A stretch of 64,000 bases of DNA from Alphaproteobacteria bacterium. Its GTDB lineage: Bacteria > Pseudomonadota > Alphaproteobacteria > SHVR01. The position numbers and the translations under genes are program-made. The notes below the pieces were generated by a model, which worked only from the letters and a program-made list of their open reading frames with translations, ran no database searches and was not told the DNA's origin. Below, piece by piece: positions 22,108 through 31,450 of this stretch. Numbering within the stretch: position 1 is the stretch's first letter; every line of letters starts with the position of its first letter. The stretch lies in contig SHVR01000004.1 in assembly GCA_009694185.1 (NCBI GenBank), positions 1,933 through 65,932 on the forward strand, written 5' to 3'.

Positions 22108-22932
22108 TCAGTTCGCCCGACCGGCATCGGCAAGTTGCCGGTCCGCGTCGGAACCGAACTCGGCCTTGGCCTTCTTGGCCCAGGCCTCGAATTTCTCCTT
22201 GGAGACCGCCTCGACGGCGATTGGCATATAGGCGTGGCCAACGCCGCAAAGCTCGGAGCACTGGCCGTAATAGACACCCTCTCGCGTGATGCGCACCCAG
22301 GTCTCGTTGATCCGCCCGGGCACCGTGTCGAGCTTGACGCCGAAGGCGGGCACCGCCCAGGCATGCAGCACGTCGGTCGCGGTCATCAACAGGCGGATAT
22401 TGGTATCGACGGGCAGCACGATGCGGTTGTCGACCTCCAACAGGCGATGCTGGCCCGGCTTGATATCCTTGTCCGGGATCATGACGCTGTCGAAGCTCAA
22501 ATTGCCGTGGTCGGGATATTCGTAGGACCAGTACCACTGGCTACCGATGATCTTCAGCGTCATCTCCGCCTCGGCCGTCCGGTCGGTGTAATAGAGCAGC
22601 CGGAAGGACGGAATTGCGATGCCGACCAGGATCACGATCGGCAGCACCGTCCACAGCACCTCGATCAGCGTGTGGTGGGTGGTCTTGGACGGCACCGGGT
22701 TCCGGCTCGCCCGGAAACGGACCATCACATAGAGCAGCAGGCCCATGACGAACAACGTGATCAAGACGGTAACGACGAGCAGCATGTTGTGGAACTGCTC
22801 GATGCGCTCCATGACCGGCGAGGCGGCCGGCTGGAAATTCATCTGCCAGGGCAACGGTACCGCGGCCTCGACCGAGGACGCGATCGCGATGAGGCCACCG
22901 GCCACGGCGAGGACATACTTGGCGAACTGCAT
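22108..22932 (-). CDS. ctaC: Cytochrome c oxidase subunit II
   Basis: CuA site CSELCGVGHAYM. Signal/TM N-terminus starting at ATG 22932 (MQFAKYVLA). Confidence 0.9.
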   Translation of the reverse strand: MQFAKYVLAVAGGLIAIASSVEAAVPLPWQMNFQPAASPVMERIEQFHNMLLVVTVLITLFVMGLLLYVMVRFRASRNPVPSKTTHHTLIEVLWTVLPIVILVGIAIPSFRLLYYTDRTAEAEMTLKIIGSQWYWSYEYPDHGNLSFDSVMIPDKDIKPGQHRLLEVDNRIVLPVDTNIRLLMTATDVLHAWAVPAFGVKLDTVPGRINETWVRITREGVYYGQCSELCGVGHAYMPIAVEAVSKEKFEAWAKKAKAEFGSDADRQLADAGRAN

Positions 22933-23054
22933 GGACGACCCACCATCGCTGTGAAACTGCGCGGATACACGGATACGGAGAGCCCGGACCCCCCAGCGGT
23001 ATGGCCCCTGCCCCTGAATACCCAACCGAATCAGCATACGGACGAGCGCCGGTG

Positions 23055-23711
23055 TCAAGGTGCGACCAGTTGTCGCGGCACACCCTGCCAGGTCACGCCC
23101 TCCAGGCGGGCCATGACCTCGACGGCGCAGCGTGCCCGGACCTCGATACCGGCCTGATCGGGCCGCCGAGTCGGATCGAGCAGCGCCGTCAGCATGAGGT
23201 CCCCGAGGAGCATGCGAAAATAGATCGCCGTCGCGGCATCGACCGCGGGGAAATCGACCAGGCCGCCCACCGATGCGGCACGGAAGAAGTCTCTGACAAT
23301 CGCAAGTGTGTAACCGGCGCCCGTGTCAAGAAGTGCCCGCCCCAGCGCCGGCACCGTGGCCGATTCGGCGATCGCCGCGCGATAAAGGCCGATCCGGTCG
23401 GCGCCGAGCATGGCTGTCAGAAAGGCCCCGCCAAACGCCTCGAGCATCTCGAAGAAGGCGGCCCGGGTGGTTGGCGCCGCCATCGTCAACGAGCGGGCCA
23501 TCTCCCGGACGCCATGGTCGATCATGGCCTCCAGCAGCCGGGCCTTGCTTGGAAACTCGCTATAGAGATCGCGTTTGGAGATGCCGGCCGCGCGCGCAAT
23601 GGCAAGCGTCGTCGTTGCCGTGAAACCCTTGTTCGAGAGCAGCCGGCTGGCGGCGGCCATGATCGCGCCACGCCGCGACCCACCTTTACGGGCATCGAGG
23701 GCGGCTGCCAT
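23055..23711 (-). CDS. TetR/AcrR family transcriptional regulator
   Basis: HTH region GFTATTTLAIARAAGISKRDLYSEFPSK. Start at ATG 23711. An alternative start is 23759. Confidence 0.8.
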   Translation of the reverse strand: MAAALDARKGGSRRGAIMAAASRLLSNKGFTATTTLAIARAAGISKRDLYSEFPSKARLLEAMIDHGVREMARSLTMAAPTTRAAFFEMLEAFGGAFLTAMLGADRIGLYRAAIAESATVPALGRALLDTGAGYTLAIVRDFFRAASVGGLVDFPAVDAATAIYFRMLLGDLMLTALLDPTRRPDQAGIEVRARCAVEVMARLEGVTWQGVPRQLVAP

Positions 23712-23741
23712 GTTGGCTGGATCTCCTTGACGGGCGAGATT

Positions 23742-23780
23742 GGTACTAGTAAGTACCATGCTGGTACCCAACAGTACCAG
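23742..23780. promoter_or_regulatory. Two GGTAC-N6-GTACC inverted repeats (candidate TetR operators)
   Basis: GGTACTAGTAAGTACC (23742-23757) and GGTACCCAACAGTACC (23763-23778, extended to CTGGTAC..GTACCAG 23761-23780). Centres are 21 bp apart. They lie in the tetR / membrane-protein divergent intergenic region. Confidence 0.45.
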
Positions 23781-23837
23781 CACCGGTGACCGGCGTCGAC
23801 AGCGACGGTCGGCCGGCAATCCGAAGGGAGGCATGCA

Positions 23838-24236
23838 ATGACCCTGGAACCCCTGGCGGCGGCTCCGTTCGTCGTCCAAAACCATGTGGCGGCGGCACTC
23901 GGCGCGTTCCTGGTGGGCGCCATCCAGCTTGCGGGCGGCAAGGGCACGACGCGCCACCGCATCCTCGGCTGGTCGTGGGTGGCGATGATAACCGTGGTCG
24001 CCCTCAGCTCATTCTGGATTCAGAGCATCAAGAACGTCGGCCCCTGGAGCGCCATTCATCTCTTGTCGATCGCCACCCTCGCCTTGGTTCCCTTGGCGGT
24101 GCTGGCGGCACGCCGGGGCAACGTCCGCCGGCACCAGTGTGCCATGATCAGCCTGTTCGCGGGGGCACTCGTCATCGCCGGATTGTTCACGCTGCTGCCC
24201 GGTCGGATCATGTCCAAGGTGGTGTTTGGCGCCTGA
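23838..24236 (+). CDS. Small polytopic membrane protein (DUF2306-like)
   Basis: Four predicted hydrophobic helices. Divergent from tetR. The family assignment is from memory only. Confidence 0.6.
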   Translation: MTLEPLAAAPFVVQNHVAAALGAFLVGAIQLAGGKGTTRHRILGWSWVAMITVVALSSFWIQSIKNVGPWSAIHLLSIATLALVPLAVLAARRGNVRRHQCAMISLFAGALVIAGLFTLLPGRIMSKVVFGA

Positions 24237-24291
24237 TCCGGTTGCGCCTATATTGACGGTCTGGCGGCCGTTGCCGCATCGGGAGAGTCGG

Positions 24292-25725
24292 ATGAGAACT
24301 CTTGGCGCCACGGATGCGCTATTCTTCGAGCAAGCGGGCCTCGACCGGAGCCGCGTCCAGAGCCGGGTGGACGAGGCGCTGCATGGCGCCGACGATGGCG
24401 AACTATTCCTGGAATATCGTGAATCGGAGAGCCTGGTTTTCGACGATGGCCGGCTGAAGAGCGCTAGCTACGATGTGACCCAGGGGTTCGGACTCCGGGC
24501 CGTCTCGGGCGAAGTGACCGGCTACGCCCACGCCTCCGACTTGTCGGACGCTGCCATCCAACGTGCCGTCGCCACGGTCAAGGCGGTGCGCGCCGGCCAT
24601 GGCGGCGGCATCGCCGCCGCGCCCGCCGCCACCAACCGCGGCCTCTACAGCGACCTCAACCCGCTACGCGGCCAGGAATTTGCCGAGAAGGTCAAGCTCC
24701 TGGAGGCTATCGACGCCTATGCCCGCGGCCGCGACCCGCGCGTGCGCCAGGTCTCGGCCTCGCTCTATGGCGAATGGCAGGCGGTGCAGATCCTGCGCGC
24801 CGGCGGCGAGCGCATGGGCGACGTGCGCCCGCTCGTGCGTGTCAACGTCCAGATTGTCGTCGCCGACGGCGACAAGATGGAAAGCGGCGGCCACGGCGCC
24901 GGTGGCAGGCGCGCCTTCGATATGTATCTCGACCCGGCCGCTTGGCGGGCGCAAGTGGACGAGGCGTTGCGCCAGGCCCTGGTCAAGCTCGCCGCGGTAC
25001 CGGCACCGGCCGGCGAGATGCAAGTGGTGCTCGGACCCGGCTGGCCCGGTGTCCTGTTGCACGAGGCGGTGGGTCATGGCCTCGAAGGCGATTTCAACCG
25101 CAAGAAGACCTCGGCTTTTTCAGGGCTCATGGGCCAGCGGATCGCGGCCCCGGGTGTGACGGTCGTCGATGACGGCACGCTCCCCGACCGGCGCGGCTCG
25201 CTCACCATCGACGATGAGGGCACGCCCTCGGGCCGCACCGTCTTGATCGAGGACGGCAGGCTGGTTGGCTTCATGCAGGATCGCCTGAACGCCCGGCTGA
25301 TGGGTGAGCGCGCGACCGGCAATGGCCGGCGGCAGAGCTTTGCTCACGCGCCCATGCCGCGCATGACCAACACCTACATGCTGAATGGCGGCCACGCGCC
25401 GGAAGAGCTGATCGCCGGGGTGAAGCGTGGGCTCTACGCGGTCAATTTCGGCGGTGGTCAGGTCGACATCACCAGCGGCAAATTCGTCTTCTCGGCCTCG
25501 GAAGCCTATCTGATCGAAGACGGCAAGGTGGGTGCCCCGGTCAAGGGCGCCACCCTGGTCGGCAATGGCGCCGACGCGCTGACCAAGGTGCGCATGATCG
25601 CCAACGACATGAAGCTCGACGACGGCATCGGCACCTGCGGCAAGGATGGCCAGAGCGTGCCCGTGGGCGTCGGCCAACCGAGCCTCTTGATCGACAATCT
25701 GACCGTCGGCGGCACGGCGGCCTGA
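24292..25725 (+). CDS. tldD: Metalloprotease TldD
   Basis: HEAVGHGLEGD motif, about 477 aa. ATG 24292 is preceded by GGGAGAG. Confidence 0.9.
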   Translation: MRTLGATDALFFEQAGLDRSRVQSRVDEALHGADDGELFLEYRESESLVFDDGRLKSASYDVTQGFGLRAVSGEVTGYAHASDLSDAAIQRAVATVKAVRAGHGGGIAAAPAATNRGLYSDLNPLRGQEFAEKVKLLEAIDAYARGRDPRVRQVSASLYGEWQAVQILRAGGERMGDVRPLVRVNVQIVVADGDKMESGGHGAGGRRAFDMYLDPAAWRAQVDEALRQALVKLAAVPAPAGEMQVVLGPGWPGVLLHEAVGHGLEGDFNRKKTSAFSGLMGQRIAAPGVTVVDDGTLPDRRGSLTIDDEGTPSGRTVLIEDGRLVGFMQDRLNARLMGERATGNGRRQSFAHAPMPRMTNTYMLNGGHAPEELIAGVKRGLYAVNFGGGQVDITSGKFVFSASEAYLIEDGKVGAPVKGATLVGNGADALTKVRMIANDMKLDDGIGTCGKDGQSVPVGVGQPSLLIDNLTVGGTAA

Positions 25726-26020
25726 GCGGCGGCACGGCGGCGGTATAGTTCGAAGCGGTGGAAGGCGAGCGGGACGTAGCCCTTTTGGGTTCCTAGAGGG
25801 CCAGCGCGTCCCTGGCCTCGCGCGGCTTGCGGGCAATCACTCGTAAATGCGCCACTGCCGGGGCTCGCGCTCGGGCCGATGCGGCCGCTGTCGTGGCCGG
25901 TCTCCAGCCCGCTACCGCCGGCGGCATTATACCGCCAAGGGCGTTTCGATGAGATACAAGGGGAGGACGATTCCAGCAAACGTGAAAGTGCGGTCCGCTG
26001 AAAGGCGCCTTTTTGTCTTT

Positions 26021-26110
26021 GCGAGGCGGCCGGCAGGCCGACGCGGCAATCCAGAAATCCAAAGATTCATGCCGTTTGCCTGGATCGCCACGGCTGCTTC
26101 GCAGCCTCGC
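26021..26110. repeat. Imperfect inverted repeat (REP/MITE-like) in a noncoding gap
   Basis: GCGAGGCGGCCGGCAGGCCGACGCGGCAATCCA (26021-26053) against the reverse complement of TGGATCGCCACGGCTGCTTCGCAGCCTCGC (26081-26110). The arms share GCGAGGC...ATCCA ends. Confidence 0.35.
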
Positions 26111-26185
26111 GATGATGATCAGGAGGGTTTTTCAGCAAACGGCTGGAACATGCGAGCCGCCGCGCCGTTTCGAGCAGGGCGTCGC

Positions 26186-26494
26186 TCAAGACGCGTTGAC
26201 GATCCGGCGGCGATGGTCGAAGCGATGGCGTACATGCGGGAAACGCGTCTCGCCGACCGCCTCCAACGCCTCGCGTACCTCTGTAACCAGACCGAACGTG
26301 ACGCTGGCGTCGACCGGCTTCCTGCTTTTCCTGTACCGTACTTCGATAAACAGGATCGGGTCGCCACAGTGATCCAGTCCGGGCTCCACGCGTACGCCCT
26401 TGATGTCGAACGGCCCTAGCCGGTCCTGGACGATCCGTTCGATCACCTGGACGGCTTCGTCGTCGGCTCGCTCGATTTTCGTCGCCAAATTCAT
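26186..26494 (-). CDS. Orphan hypothetical protein (102 aa)
   Basis: Good GC3 and balanced composition (MNLATKIERADDEAVQVIERIVQDRLGPFDIKGVRVEPGLDH..). No Shine-Dalgarno. AT-rich upstream region. I recognise no family. Confidence 0.5.
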   Translation of the reverse strand: MNLATKIERADDEAVQVIERIVQDRLGPFDIKGVRVEPGLDHCGDPILFIEVRYRKSRKPVDASVTFGLVTEVREALEAVGETRFPHVRHRFDHRRRIVNAS

Positions 26495-26564
26495 AGCAAG
26501 ATCATACTCAATTGGTTCTGGCTTGCGGACAAATATCCAATCGACAGCCTATTGGCGATTGCGT

Positions 26565-27035
26565 TCAAAGCGGTATCGCGAGCAGCGTGTCGATCAGCCC
26601 GTTGTCGAACACCACCAGCTTTTCGGCGAACAGCGGCGCCGGCCCGGCAAAGCTGATGCGGTCGATATAGAGCCCGGTGCTGAAGAGGCTGGCGCGGCCA
26701 TCCTGCATGATACGCACCACTTGATAGTTGGAGCGCGCGGTCGCCAGGCCGCCGTCGCCGGCCGCGATCAGGGTCGAGGTCACCAGATGGCGATAGCGGT
26801 GCGGCTCGAAGACATTGGCCTCGCGCAAGGCGGAGACCCGATCGCGCAACATGCCCTGGGAATCGGCATAGATGACGCCGATCGGCAGGCCACGGCCATA
26901 ATTCTCGGCCGAGACGATCTTGTAGACGCAAGGGTCGGTGAAAAAGCCGGGCCATTCCTCGAGCCGGTCGTCGTCGAGGGCATGGACATAGCGGGCAAGC
27001 AGGTTTTCGACCGCGAACTGGGTCGCGACATCCAC
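26565..27035 (-). CDS. Aromatic-ring-hydroxylating dioxygenase beta (small) subunit, NTF2-fold
   Basis: LLARYVHALDDDRLEEW..F..D..Y pattern. Immediately downstream of the Rieske alpha subunit. Confidence 0.8.
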   Translation of the reverse strand: MDVATQFAVENLLARYVHALDDDRLEEWPGFFTDPCVYKIVSAENYGRGLPIGVIYADSQGMLRDRVSALREANVFEPHRYRHLVTSTLIAAGDGGLATARSNYQVVRIMQDGRASLFSTGLYIDRISFAGPAPLFAEKLVVFDNGLIDTLLAIPL

Positions 27036-27037
27036 CC

Positions 27038-28279
27038 TCAGATTCCCATCGCTTGGCGATAGGCCCGCCAGAAGCCGCGCACCGAGGTCTCGGTCGCCCG
27101 TGTCGCCTGGCTCTCGACGCCACGGCCGCCCATCTCCAGGACCGACGCCTGGCCCGTGGCGCCGGCGATGGCACGCTGCACGAAGCCGCCGATGGCGCCA
27201 TCCTCGAGCGAGACATAGCCCGCCGGCCCCACCAGGTTCGACTGTTTCAGGCGGATCATGTCCATGGCGGCATCGTCGTCGGCGAAGCCGTAATAGGTCC
27301 AGATCAGTTCGGTTTGGCCGGTGCCCTTGGGCAGGATCTGGCGCACCGCCAGGCTGTTCTGCACCTGTTGCATGACGAAGGCCGGAAAGATCGAGAGGAT
27401 TTGCAGGCTGATGCCGTCGCCGAACTCGTCACGGCCGGCAACGAGCGAGGCATCGGCGAGGCGATAATCCTGCTTGGCGGACCGGATGGCAGCATCTTCA
27501 TAGGCGCGGTCGGTCTGCTCGCTCGCCATGATCGAGTAGCTGACATGGTGGCCGCCGCTCGCGTCGACGATGATGCCGCCCTTCTGGGAGAGGCGATTCA
27601 GGCGGAAGGTCGTGAAGAAGGTGTGCAACAGGCTTGCATGGTAGGAGTCCTTGTTGTTCTCCACATAGAGCTTCCAATTATTCGCCAGAAGCTGGCGGTT
27701 ATAACCCGTGACCTTGATCGGCCGCGGCAGCACGCGCTCGACCCTGGCCGCTATCTCGGGACCGAGATAGGCGTCGATGGCGGGTGCCGCGTCCGAGAAG
27801 CTCGCGAACACCAGGCCCGCATATTCCGCGACCCGGAGGCGCTTCAGCCCATGCGCCGACTTGGCGAACGAGTCCGGCATACCGCCTTGGCCGTTGATGC
27901 CCCTCTCGAAGGCGACCGAACGAAGGCCGCCCTTCAGGTCATAAACCCAGGAATGATAGGCGCAGGTAAGCATCCGGGCGTTGCCGCGCGCCTTGTAACA
28001 GACGAGCGCGCCCCGGTGCGCGCAGCGATTTTCGAGCGCGTTGATGGCGCCATCCAAATCGCGGACGACGATGACCGGGGTATCGCCAATGAAGGTCGTC
28101 TTGTAGTCGCCGGGCACCGGAATTTCCGCCGCCAGGCAGAGGAAGTTCCAGACCGGCCCGCGAAAGATACGCGCCTGCTCGCCCGCGTAGATGCTTGGAT
28201 CGGTGTAGAGGTCGTAGGGAACGCGGGCGAGGCCTTCACCCGGCCACACCACGCCATGACTGCCGTCCGCCGCCGCCAT
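27038..28279 (-). CDS. Rieske [2Fe-2S] aromatic-ring-hydroxylating oxygenase alpha subunit
   Basis: CAHRGALVC...(17)...CAYHSW Rieske motif. 413 aa. Confidence 0.85.
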   Translation of the reverse strand: MAAADGSHGVVWPGEGLARVPYDLYTDPSIYAGEQARIFRGPVWNFLCLAAEIPVPGDYKTTFIGDTPVIVVRDLDGAINALENRCAHRGALVCYKARGNARMLTCAYHSWVYDLKGGLRSVAFERGINGQGGMPDSFAKSAHGLKRLRVAEYAGLVFASFSDAAPAIDAYLGPEIAARVERVLPRPIKVTGYNRQLLANNWKLYVENNKDSYHASLLHTFFTTFRLNRLSQKGGIIVDASGGHHVSYSIMASEQTDRAYEDAAIRSAKQDYRLADASLVAGRDEFGDGISLQILSIFPAFVMQQVQNSLAVRQILPKGTGQTELIWTYYGFADDDAAMDMIRLKQSNLVGPAGYVSLEDGAIGGFVQRAIAGATGQASVLEMGGRGVESQATRATETSVRGFWRAYRQAMGI

Positions 28280-28306
28280 GCCCGTCCTCCCGTTCCGACG
28301 CTAGCC

Positions 28307-29674
28307 TCAGCGATACGCCTCCTCGGCGAAGATCGGGTCGACCGACTCGCGCCAGCGCCCGCGATAGGCGGCAAGCAGGCGGTCGGCATTGGTCTCGCCC
28401 GACTCGGCGATGACCTCGATAGGCGCCAAGTACGCGGTCTCGTCACTCTGGCCGCCATCCTGGCGCGCGCGCGCCTTGAGCCCGGCCCGGGCGATCGCCA
28501 GCACTCGGCCAGCCACGTCCCGCAACGGCCGTCCGCGGTGCGGCGCGCGCAGCCCCAAGCGCGGCACGTCCCGGCGCAGCACCGTCATTTCCTCGACGCT
28601 CCAATCCCGGATCAAGTCGTGGGCCGCGTCGAGTGCCGTCGTGTCGTAGAGGAGGCCAACCCAAAGGGCCGGCAGCGCGCACAACATGTCCAGGCCGCCC
28701 GCATCGGCGCCGCGCAATTCGAGGTAACGCTTCAGGCGCACTTCGGGAAACGCCGTCGTCACATGGTCGGCCCAGTCGGTGATGAGCGGCACCTGGCCCG
28801 GCATGGCCGAGAGGCGTCCCTGCATATAGTCGCGGAAGGATTCGCCGCTCGCGTCCAGATAATTGCCGTCGCGATAGACGAAGTACATGGGCACGTCCAA
28901 GAGATAGTCGACATAGCGCTCGAAGCCGAAGCCCGCATCGAAGACGAATCCCAGCATGCCGCAGCGGTCCGGATCGGTGTCGGTCCAGACATGGCTCCGA
29001 TAGCTCAAATAGCCGTTGGGCTTGCCCTCGGTGAAGGGCGAGTTGGCGAACAGCGCGGTCGCGAGTGGCTGGAGGGCGAGCGAGACCTGGAACTTTTTCA
29101 CCATGTCGGCTTCGCTCTGGAAATCCAGGTTCACCTGCACGGTCGCCGTGCGCAGCATCATGTCGAGGCCGAGCTTGCCCTTCTTGGGCATATATTCGCG
29201 CATGATCTTGTAGCGGCCCTTGGGCATCCAGCCGATATCGTCGCGCCGCCATTTCGGATCGAAGCCGAGGCCGTGCATGGCGATGCCAAGCTCGGGCATT
29301 ACCTGACGCAATTGGGCGAAATGCCGATCGAGCTCGTCGCGCGTCTCGTGCATGGTCTCGAGGGTGGCGCCCGACAGCTCGAACTGGCCACCGGGTTCCA
29401 GCGTGATGCTGGCCATGCCTTGGGTCAGCGCGACCGGGTTGCCCTTCTCGATGACCGGCTGCCAACCGAATTGCCGCATGGCCTCGAGCAGCGCGCGAAT
29501 GCCGCCCGGCCCCTCGTAGGGAACGCGGCGCCGATCGTCCCGCCGGAAGACGAACTTCTCATGTTCGGTGCCCATGCGCCAAGCCGGCGGCGGCTTGGAG
29601 CCGGCCGCCAGATAGTCGACAAGCTGCCGCTTGCTGGTCACCGGCTCGCCGGCCTTGGAGGGAACAGACATCAA
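28307..29674 (-). CDS. gshA: Glutamate--cysteine ligase (GCS2, plant/alphaproteobacterial type)
   Basis: 455 aa with GTEHEKF and PWMPKGRYKIMREYMP-like conserved blocks. Confidence 0.88.
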   Translation of the reverse strand: MMSVPSKAGEPVTSKRQLVDYLAAGSKPPPAWRMGTEHEKFVFRRDDRRRVPYEGPGGIRALLEAMRQFGWQPVIEKGNPVALTQGMASITLEPGGQFELSGATLETMHETRDELDRHFAQLRQVMPELGIAMHGLGFDPKWRRDDIGWMPKGRYKIMREYMPKKGKLGLDMMLRTATVQVNLDFQSEADMVKKFQVSLALQPLATALFANSPFTEGKPNGYLSYRSHVWTDTDPDRCGMLGFVFDAGFGFERYVDYLLDVPMYFVYRDGNYLDASGESFRDYMQGRLSAMPGQVPLITDWADHVTTAFPEVRLKRYLELRGADAGGLDMLCALPALWVGLLYDTTALDAAHDLIRDWSVEEMTVLRRDVPRLGLRAPHRGRPLRDVAGRVLAIARAGLKARARQDGGQSDETAYLAPIEVIAESGETNADRLLAAYRGRWRESVDPIFAEEAYR

Positions 29675-29711
29675 TTCGGCCCTGCTGATTTCGGCTTCGG
29701 ATCATATTCGG

Positions 29712-30464
29712 TCAGTTGCGCGGCGGGTCTCGCCAGTCGCCGAGCGAGGCCTGCCAGACGGCAAGCGCCGCCAACGCCGCCGTCTCGGCCCGCAGGAACC
29801 GTGGGCCGAGACGAACGGGCGTAACAGAAGGCAGTTTACCCAACCCGTCAAGCTCACGCGGCGTGAAGCCGCCCTCGGGACCGACCAGCAATGCCGCCGG
29901 CCCGGATGTGAGGCCGGCGAGCGCCTGGCCGATCGGCCGGACGGCCTCGCGCCCCTCGCCCGGCTCGACGCACGCAATCAATTGCCGCTCGCCCGGCCAT
30001 GTGCCGAGAACGGCATCCAGCGCCCGAAGCGGTGCCACATCCGGCACGTCCAGGCGTGCGCATTGTTCCGCCGCCTCGATCGCGATCAGCTTCAGGCGAT
30101 CCCCATTGACGCGACCCGCATTGGTCCGCTCGGTTCCGACCGGCACGAGCCGGCTGACACCCAGCTCGGTTGCCTTCTGGGCCAGAAGGTCGATGGCGTG
30201 ACGCTTGAGCGGCGCGAACAGCAACCAGAGATCGGGGCCCGGGGTTTGCGGGCGCCGCAAATCATCTGTGACGAGAGTGCAACGACCCTTGCGGGCGCTG
30301 GCGACCCGGGCTCGCCATTCGCCGTCGCGGCCGTTGAAGAGGAGCACGCCATCGCCGCCGGCGAGTCGGAGTACATGCAACAGATAATGGGCGCGCTCGG
30401 CGGCAAGCGCCACTGTCGCGCCCGCCGCCAGGTCCTGCTCGACATATAACCGGGCACCACTCAT
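29712..30464 (-). CDS. rsmE: 16S rRNA (uracil1498-N3)-methyltransferase RsmE
   Basis: RLYV....L......HYL.HVLRL, and the C-terminal GPEGGF...E......LGPR.LRAETAA motif. Start at ATG 30464. Confidence 0.85.
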   Translation of the reverse strand: MSGARLYVEQDLAAGATVALAAERAHYLLHVLRLAGGDGVLLFNGRDGEWRARVASARKGRCTLVTDDLRRPQTPGPDLWLLFAPLKRHAIDLLAQKATELGVSRLVPVGTERTNAGRVNGDRLKLIAIEAAEQCARLDVPDVAPLRALDAVLGTWPGERQLIACVEPGEGREAVRPIGQALAGLTSGPAALLVGPEGGFTPRELDGLGKLPSVTPVRLGPRFLRAETAALAALAVWQASLGDWRDPPRN

Positions 30465-30496
30465 GCGCGACTTTCCCGCTCCGCCATCGGATCGCC

Positions 30497-31450
30497 ATGA
30501 CCTATGATCGGTCCATGGCGATGAATGCAAGCGACATCGACAAGGAGGGCTGGGTCGACCGGTTTGTGCCGGCCGAATTCTTGCCCTATGCGCGGCTGGC
30601 CCGCCTCGACCGGCCGATCGGCACCTGGCTATTGCTGATCCCGTGCTGGTGGGGCCTCGGGCTCGCCTGGGCGAGCGAGGCATCGGTGTCGGTGCCGATC
30701 GTCCTCTGGTACGGGCTGCTGTTCGCCTTGGGTGCGCTCGCCATGCGCGGGGCTGGGTGCACCTATAACGACATTGTCGACCGCGATGTCGATGCCCGGG
30801 TGGCACGCACCGCCGAACGGCCGATCCCGAGCGGCGCCGTGACGGTCGCCAGCGCCTGGATCTTCGCGGCTCTCCTCGCGGCCGTCGGCGCGCTGGTGCT
30901 GTTCGCCTTGGCCTGGCCCGCCATCTTGATCGGTCTGGCCTCGCTCCCGCTGATCGCGCTCTACCCTTATATGAAGCGCATCACCTATTGGCCCCAGGCT
31001 TGGCTTGGCCTCACTTTCAATTGGGGCGCGCTGGTCGGCTGGGCGGCGGCCATGGACGGCCTCGGGCTGGCGCCGCTCATTCTCTATTTGGCGGGCATCG
31101 CCTGGACCCTCGGCTACGACACCATCTACGCCCACCAGGACAAGGAGGACGACGCGCTGATCGGTGTCCGCTCGACGGCACTGCTGTTTGGCGAGGCGAG
31201 CCCATTATGGCTGTGGCACTTTTACGGCTTGACGATCGTCTTGCTCGCCGCCGCCGGCTGGTGGGCGGGCGTTGCCTGGCCCTTCTACATCGCGCTGGCG
31301 GGCATGGCCCTGCAACTCGCTTGGCAAGCGCACGATTGGCAACTCGACGATCCGGCCGATTGCCTCGCCAAGTTCCGCTCCAACCGCTGGGCCGGCTGGG
31401 GCGTGGTCCTCGGCCTGTTTGTTGCCGGGATCGTCGAGCGTCTGGGGTGA
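30497..31450 (+). CDS. ubiA: 4-hydroxybenzoate polyprenyltransferase
   Basis: YARLARLDRPIGTWLLL and NDIVDRDVDARVARTAERP motifs. Confidence 0.9.
   Translation: MTYDRSMAMNASDIDKEGWVDRFVPAEFLPYARLARLDRPIGTWLLLIPCWWGLGLAWASEASVSVPIVLWYGLLFALGALAMRGAGCTYNDIVDRDVDARVARTAERPIPSGAVTVASAWIFAALLAAVGALVLFALAWPAILIGLASLPLIALYPYMKRITYWPQAWLGLTFNWGALVGWAAAMDGLGLAPLILYLAGIAWTLGYDTIYAHQDKEDDALIGVRSTALLFGEASPLWLWHFYGLTIVLLAAAGWWAGVAWPFYIALAGMALQLAWQAHDWQLDDPADCLAKFRSNRWAGWGVVLGLFVAGIVERLG

Noticed and set aside
25847-26419. 190-aa plus-strand ORF in the tldD downstream gap
   Set aside because: It is extremely Arg-rich at the N-terminus, overlaps the better-supported minus-strand 102-aa ORF, and spans the REP-like repeat.
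27053-29824. 923-aa ORF on the plus strand
   Set aside because: It is antisense to two well-supported genes (Rieske alpha subunit and gshA). The composition is Arg/Ala/Gly/Pro-rich with no motifs. This is a typical shadow ORF of GC-rich DNA.
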